64,000 nt of DNA from Lepidodermella squamata (Eukaryota; Animalia; Gastrotricha), in the NCBI GenBank assembly GCA_047495785.1, contig JBLDXI010000003.1, positions 1,116,001-1,180,000 on the forward strand, given 5' to 3'. A model generated the notes under the pieces. The model did not search any database. It was not told the DNA's origin and saw only the letters and a list, made by a program, of their open reading frames with translations. Every line of letters starts with the position of its first letter. The first letter of the stretch is position 1. The translations under genes were made by a program, and so were the position numbers. Below are positions 60,389 to 64,000 of this stretch, piece after piece.

Positions 60389-61543
60389 TTAGATTTCATT
60401 GCCATCGATAAACCAAAATTTTTGACTAGCAGCATATTCTACCATTTTTCGCGACTCGTCCTTATCATCTGCCAAAGCCTTGGCGTAAACAAACATTCCA
60501 GTTCCGTTGAAAATCGCCGACGGATTCAGCGCCTTTTTCACATCCTGCAACAACTGCGGATCGCCTTGACAATCGACCCCAATTATTTGCTGAGCAAGGG
60601 ACGTGCATAGTAGAGAAATGTCAGTATGCACATTTTTCACGACACAGGCCATCACTTCTTTCGTTAGCGCCACGTAATTTTCCCGGTTTTTTACTCGGAA
60701 TAGCATTGGAAAAATGAAATAGCTATGCCATGGCTTTCCTAAGGGCAGGACTGGTTCGAAATATCCGGGAAAGAAATAACTTAAAATTCGCCAGAAAAAT
60801 ACGACAATTCGTAGTTTGAATGGCAGCTCAACAACTGAAAATGCTTCTTTCGTCTCAGGAACTGTGAAAGCCAATTCATCGCCATCTTTGTTATTTTTCG
60901 CAATATAAACTCGACTTTTCATAGGGCTGATGTCAAGATCGGGGAAAAAGAACGAATTTTTGTAATTTTCGTACAAAAATTTGGACGATTCCTCGAGGCT
61001 CAATTTCAACGTGGTGATGTTTGGATTCGGTTTTTTCGGAAGATTTCGATAGTAAAAACCGACGTTGATGTTCAACCATTCACCTCCAAACATTGAAGCA
61101 TAGCCATTTCTCGAAAATAGACCCAAACTAGGCGTGTTGTCGTTTCCTATTCCGCAATACAAGAATGAAACGCCTCTTTTTCTCAGCTCGGATTCGAGAC
61201 ATCGAATTAAATAGCTAGCTAAACCAGTCCTTCGATGATCATGAGCAACTCGGAGTGAATAAATCCACGCAGCTTTGATTTTCGGCTGCGGCGCCGGGTA
61301 GAATTGAACAGTTCGAATGTGAGCCATGAAACACCCGACCAGTTCGCCGGTTGCCTTCGCCTCAGCCATCAAAATTACCGAATTTTCAGGGCGGAATTTT
61401 GAGGCTCTGGGTGTATCGCCGGCGAAAATCATCTTAATCGCCGTCCCTTGAGCGCAATCAAGTTCCAACCTCGAAACAGCCGCGTGGTCTTCATCATTCA
61501 GCCGATGAGGCCTAATCAAGTACAATTCCTCAGCCCGAGACAT
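60389..61543 (-). CDS. HLS1-like GNAT, copy 13 (384 aa)
   Basis: RLELDCAQG, WIYSLRVAHDHRRTGLA, DNTPSLGLFSRNGY, FIDGNEI. Confidence 0.9.
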   Translation of the reverse strand: MSRAEELYLIRPHRLNDEDHAAVSRLELDCAQGTAIKMIFAGDTPRASKFRPENSVILMAEAKATGELVGCFMAHIRTVQFYPAPQPKIKAAWIYSLRVAHDHRRTGLASYLIRCLESELRKRGVSFLYCGIGNDNTPSLGLFSRNGYASMFGGEWLNINVGFYYRNLPKKPNPNITTLKLSLEESSKFLYENYKNSFFFPDLDISPMKSRVYIAKNNKDGDELAFTVPETKEAFSVVELPFKLRIVVFFWRILSYFFPGYFEPVLPLGKPWHSYFIFPMLFRVKNRENYVALTKEVMACVVKNVHTDISLLCTSLAQQIIGVDCQGDPQLLQDVKKALNPSAIFNGTGMFVYAKALADDKDESRKMVEYAASQKFWFIDGNEI

Positions 61544-62682
61544 CAATTTTACAGTCTAAAAATTAAAATTGATTTTTCAATAACGCGAGTGAAGTTTGAA
61601 ATTTTTCAACATTTTATTATTTCTCATCCCGAAATTCATCTGACAAGACTAACGAAAAAAAGTTAACCAAGTAAATTATAAACGTTAAGTTAAAAATATC
61701 AATATTATTTTTAAGACAGATCAGAACAGTATTACAATGAAAACTTTCGTGCATATTTACGTATGCAAAAGTGCGATATTAATGTAGCAAAAAAGTGTAG
61801 CGCTTTGAAAGCACCACGCGTCGAGGCAAAAAATGAGCCAAATTATGTCATTTTTTCAGATCTCGAACTATTATTAGCATGACTCCATCAATTTCGTTAC
61901 GATTTTAAAGCAAAGACAACAAATTGCGAAAATTTACAGCGCGGGATAAACTTAACATTCGTTTCCTTGTTACAATATACCATTGCATATAAATGAATAT
62001 CTCATCATTTTCTAGCAAGAATATTATATATATCGAAACCATTATGACATAGGAGCAAGATACGCGAAGTAGCACTTTTAGAAAGTACGCAATATTTATA
62101 CAATAATAATAATAATAATTATGTGTAAATAACCGATTTTTCAAGACACTTGTTCAGATCCACGTTAGAAAGGCGATAAATGAGAAGAGAAATTAGCGAA
62201 AAGAAATGTAAACTGGTCACTACTGATCGAACAACATTGTTACTGATTTTCAGATCATTTTTGAATTCAGAAATGTTTAGCATCACAATTAATCAACCAC
62301 AAATGAATATATTTTTCCTAATATGGATTGTAAAAATGGTGTTGTTTGACTACTGATTTTTTAGCATCTCACGATATTTTTACGAGGTTTTGATCGATAT
62401 CAAAACAGGAAGAAAGAATTGGTTAACTTATCAACGAAAGAAATTTCTAGAGATGAAACAACTATGGGCTTCAACAACTCATGATCAAGACATTAAATTT
62501 TATACTCGAAGAGAACGAAAGATTTGCGAGAATTTTTGTTCAATTTTTTCGAAAAATCGACTTTTTGTAGCTTTATCTCTTATAGTAGCTGAGGCATATC
62601 TCCTAATTCAAAAGCGTTAAGGCAAATGTAGCATCAATATTATGACGTAGTTGCAAAAATTATGAAGCGCGTTAAATATGTA

Positions 62683-63292
62683 TCACTTCTGAGGCGTGGC
62701 TTCCGGCGACGGGCTCAGCTCGCCCGAGTCTTCGTCCTCACTCTCCTCGTCGTCACTTTTACTCGGCGACTGCTCGGTATCAGCCTCGTGCAGGGCCTCA
62801 GTCAACCCGCGGTAATTGCCGTGATTATCATAACCCTCACCACCGTTAGGTACTGAAAGCGATTTCATCGACATACGACCGAATAGCTTGACCTTCGGAC
62901 TGGCTTGCACCACCTCGAGCTCAGATTTTGGCAGGTCGATAACAGCCGCCAACGGGTTGTAGCCCGCGTTATGGTCGACCGTAGCCTCGTGGGGCAGCAA
63001 GACCGGCGGGGCTTTGAAGAAGTAAGAGTACGGGTAGTGGAGCAGGTTCAACGATGAAACAGCGTACAAATCAGCGTAGCGTTGCACCTGATTCGCAAAG
63101 AACGTCTGCCGCCCGCCGCTACGAAACACCGAGCCTATCGGCCCGCCATATGCCATGTCCATCTCGCGGGACACGTGGCGACTAGCTTTTTTGATGAGCG
63201 CGATTTCGGCGTGCTGCGGCGTGTCGAGGGACGACGCGCTTGAATCGAGGTACTTGTAAGCGTCGGCTAGCAAAATGTCGAGCTGGCCCAGC
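62683..63292 (-). CDS. NT5C2: Cytosolic purine 5'-nucleotidase (cN-II), last coding exon
   Basis: LADAYKYLDSS...MDMAYG..GSVFRSGGRQTFFANQVQRYADLYA..LNLLHYPYSYFF...LPHEATVDH plus an acidic tail. AG acceptor at 63293-63294. Confidence 0.93.
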
Positions 63293-64000
63293 CTTAAGAA
63301 AAAAAATACGGATTAATAGAATGCAAACGAAAAATTCAAAAAATTACAGACGAGATCCTAATATTTTTGAAAAATGCCAAAATTAAGGCTTCAAACAAAA
63401 TGAAGCGGTATGATTTTTCCAACGAAAGGATATTGGCATGCAAAATTGTCGAAAATGCCTAAAAGCTTTCATCGGATTTAATTGACAAAAAAAAATAAAA
63501 AATATACCGTATTGGTGCGTTGCTGTACCAAGTACGAATCATTTTCATTTCAAAATAAGAGACTAGAATTTTTATTCGAGATTAATTCCTCCACAAAAAT
63601 GAGCGTCTCGAATCAGCAGTTTCAGACATCAAGTTATTCAGAAATTTGCAGGTAAATTTAGAACTTAGCCGGTAAGCAGGAAAACCATTGATAAGACCGT
63701 TAGGAAAAATCGACGAAAACGCTGATTAATCCCGCTTACTCCAGCATTCAAAATTTCAGAAAAAACAAACAAACACTTTTTTCATTTTTCGACTAAATGA
63801 AATGATACATTCGGCCAATATTTTTATTGAAATTTCATTCTATTTTGGCAATTATGAGTCGACATTTTTTCATTTTATACTGAATAAATCCAATAATTCA
63901 TAATAAATATTCTCAAGTTTAAAAATTGTCAATATTGCCAAAATTCTTCGTTGAAAATAAATAATCGAGGCATACCTTTTGAATAACTCCCGTTTAGAAG

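Noticed and set aside
15681-61543. Bacterial contaminant contig or prokaryotic operon as the explanation for intronless GNATs
   Set aside because: Two paralogues have spliceosomal introns, eukaryotic TEs are interleaved, and the flanking genes are intron-containing animal genes.

Overview
AT-rich genomic DNA from an animal, most likely an invertebrate. The evidence is GT-AG spliceosomal introns, a calpain-15/SOL gene, C-type lectin domains and animal-type transposons; the species cannot be identified from the window. The window is bracketed by two conserved genes: the 3' part of calpain-15/SOL (1-2144, +) and the last exon of cytosolic purine 5'-nucleotidase NT5C2 (62683-63292, -). The dominant feature is a co-oriented tandem array of 13 apparently intact ~370-390 aa GNAT acyl/acetyltransferase paralogues (15681-61543, all minus strand). 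Their full-length architecture resembles plant HOOKLESS1-type N-acetyltransferases (comparison from memory). Eleven have intronless CDSs. Two, visible only as fragments in the ORF track, are split by large transposon-filled introns. Also present: a 10-exon secreted protein with four 4-Cys repeats and two C-type lectin domains; a duplicated, highly cationic secreted Lys/Gly/Ser/Phe/Tyr protein plus a pseudogene; two convergent overlapping orphan ORFs; a GG-less ubiquitin-like gene inside the array; a 4.1-kb two-monomer (179/190 bp) satellite; a minimal Penelope-type hammerhead ribozyme motif; and many MITE, LINE, Helitron, MULE, EnSpm, pogo and hAT remnants. Exon structures were assembled by hand from splice signals and reading-frame continuity. 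No database searches were run.
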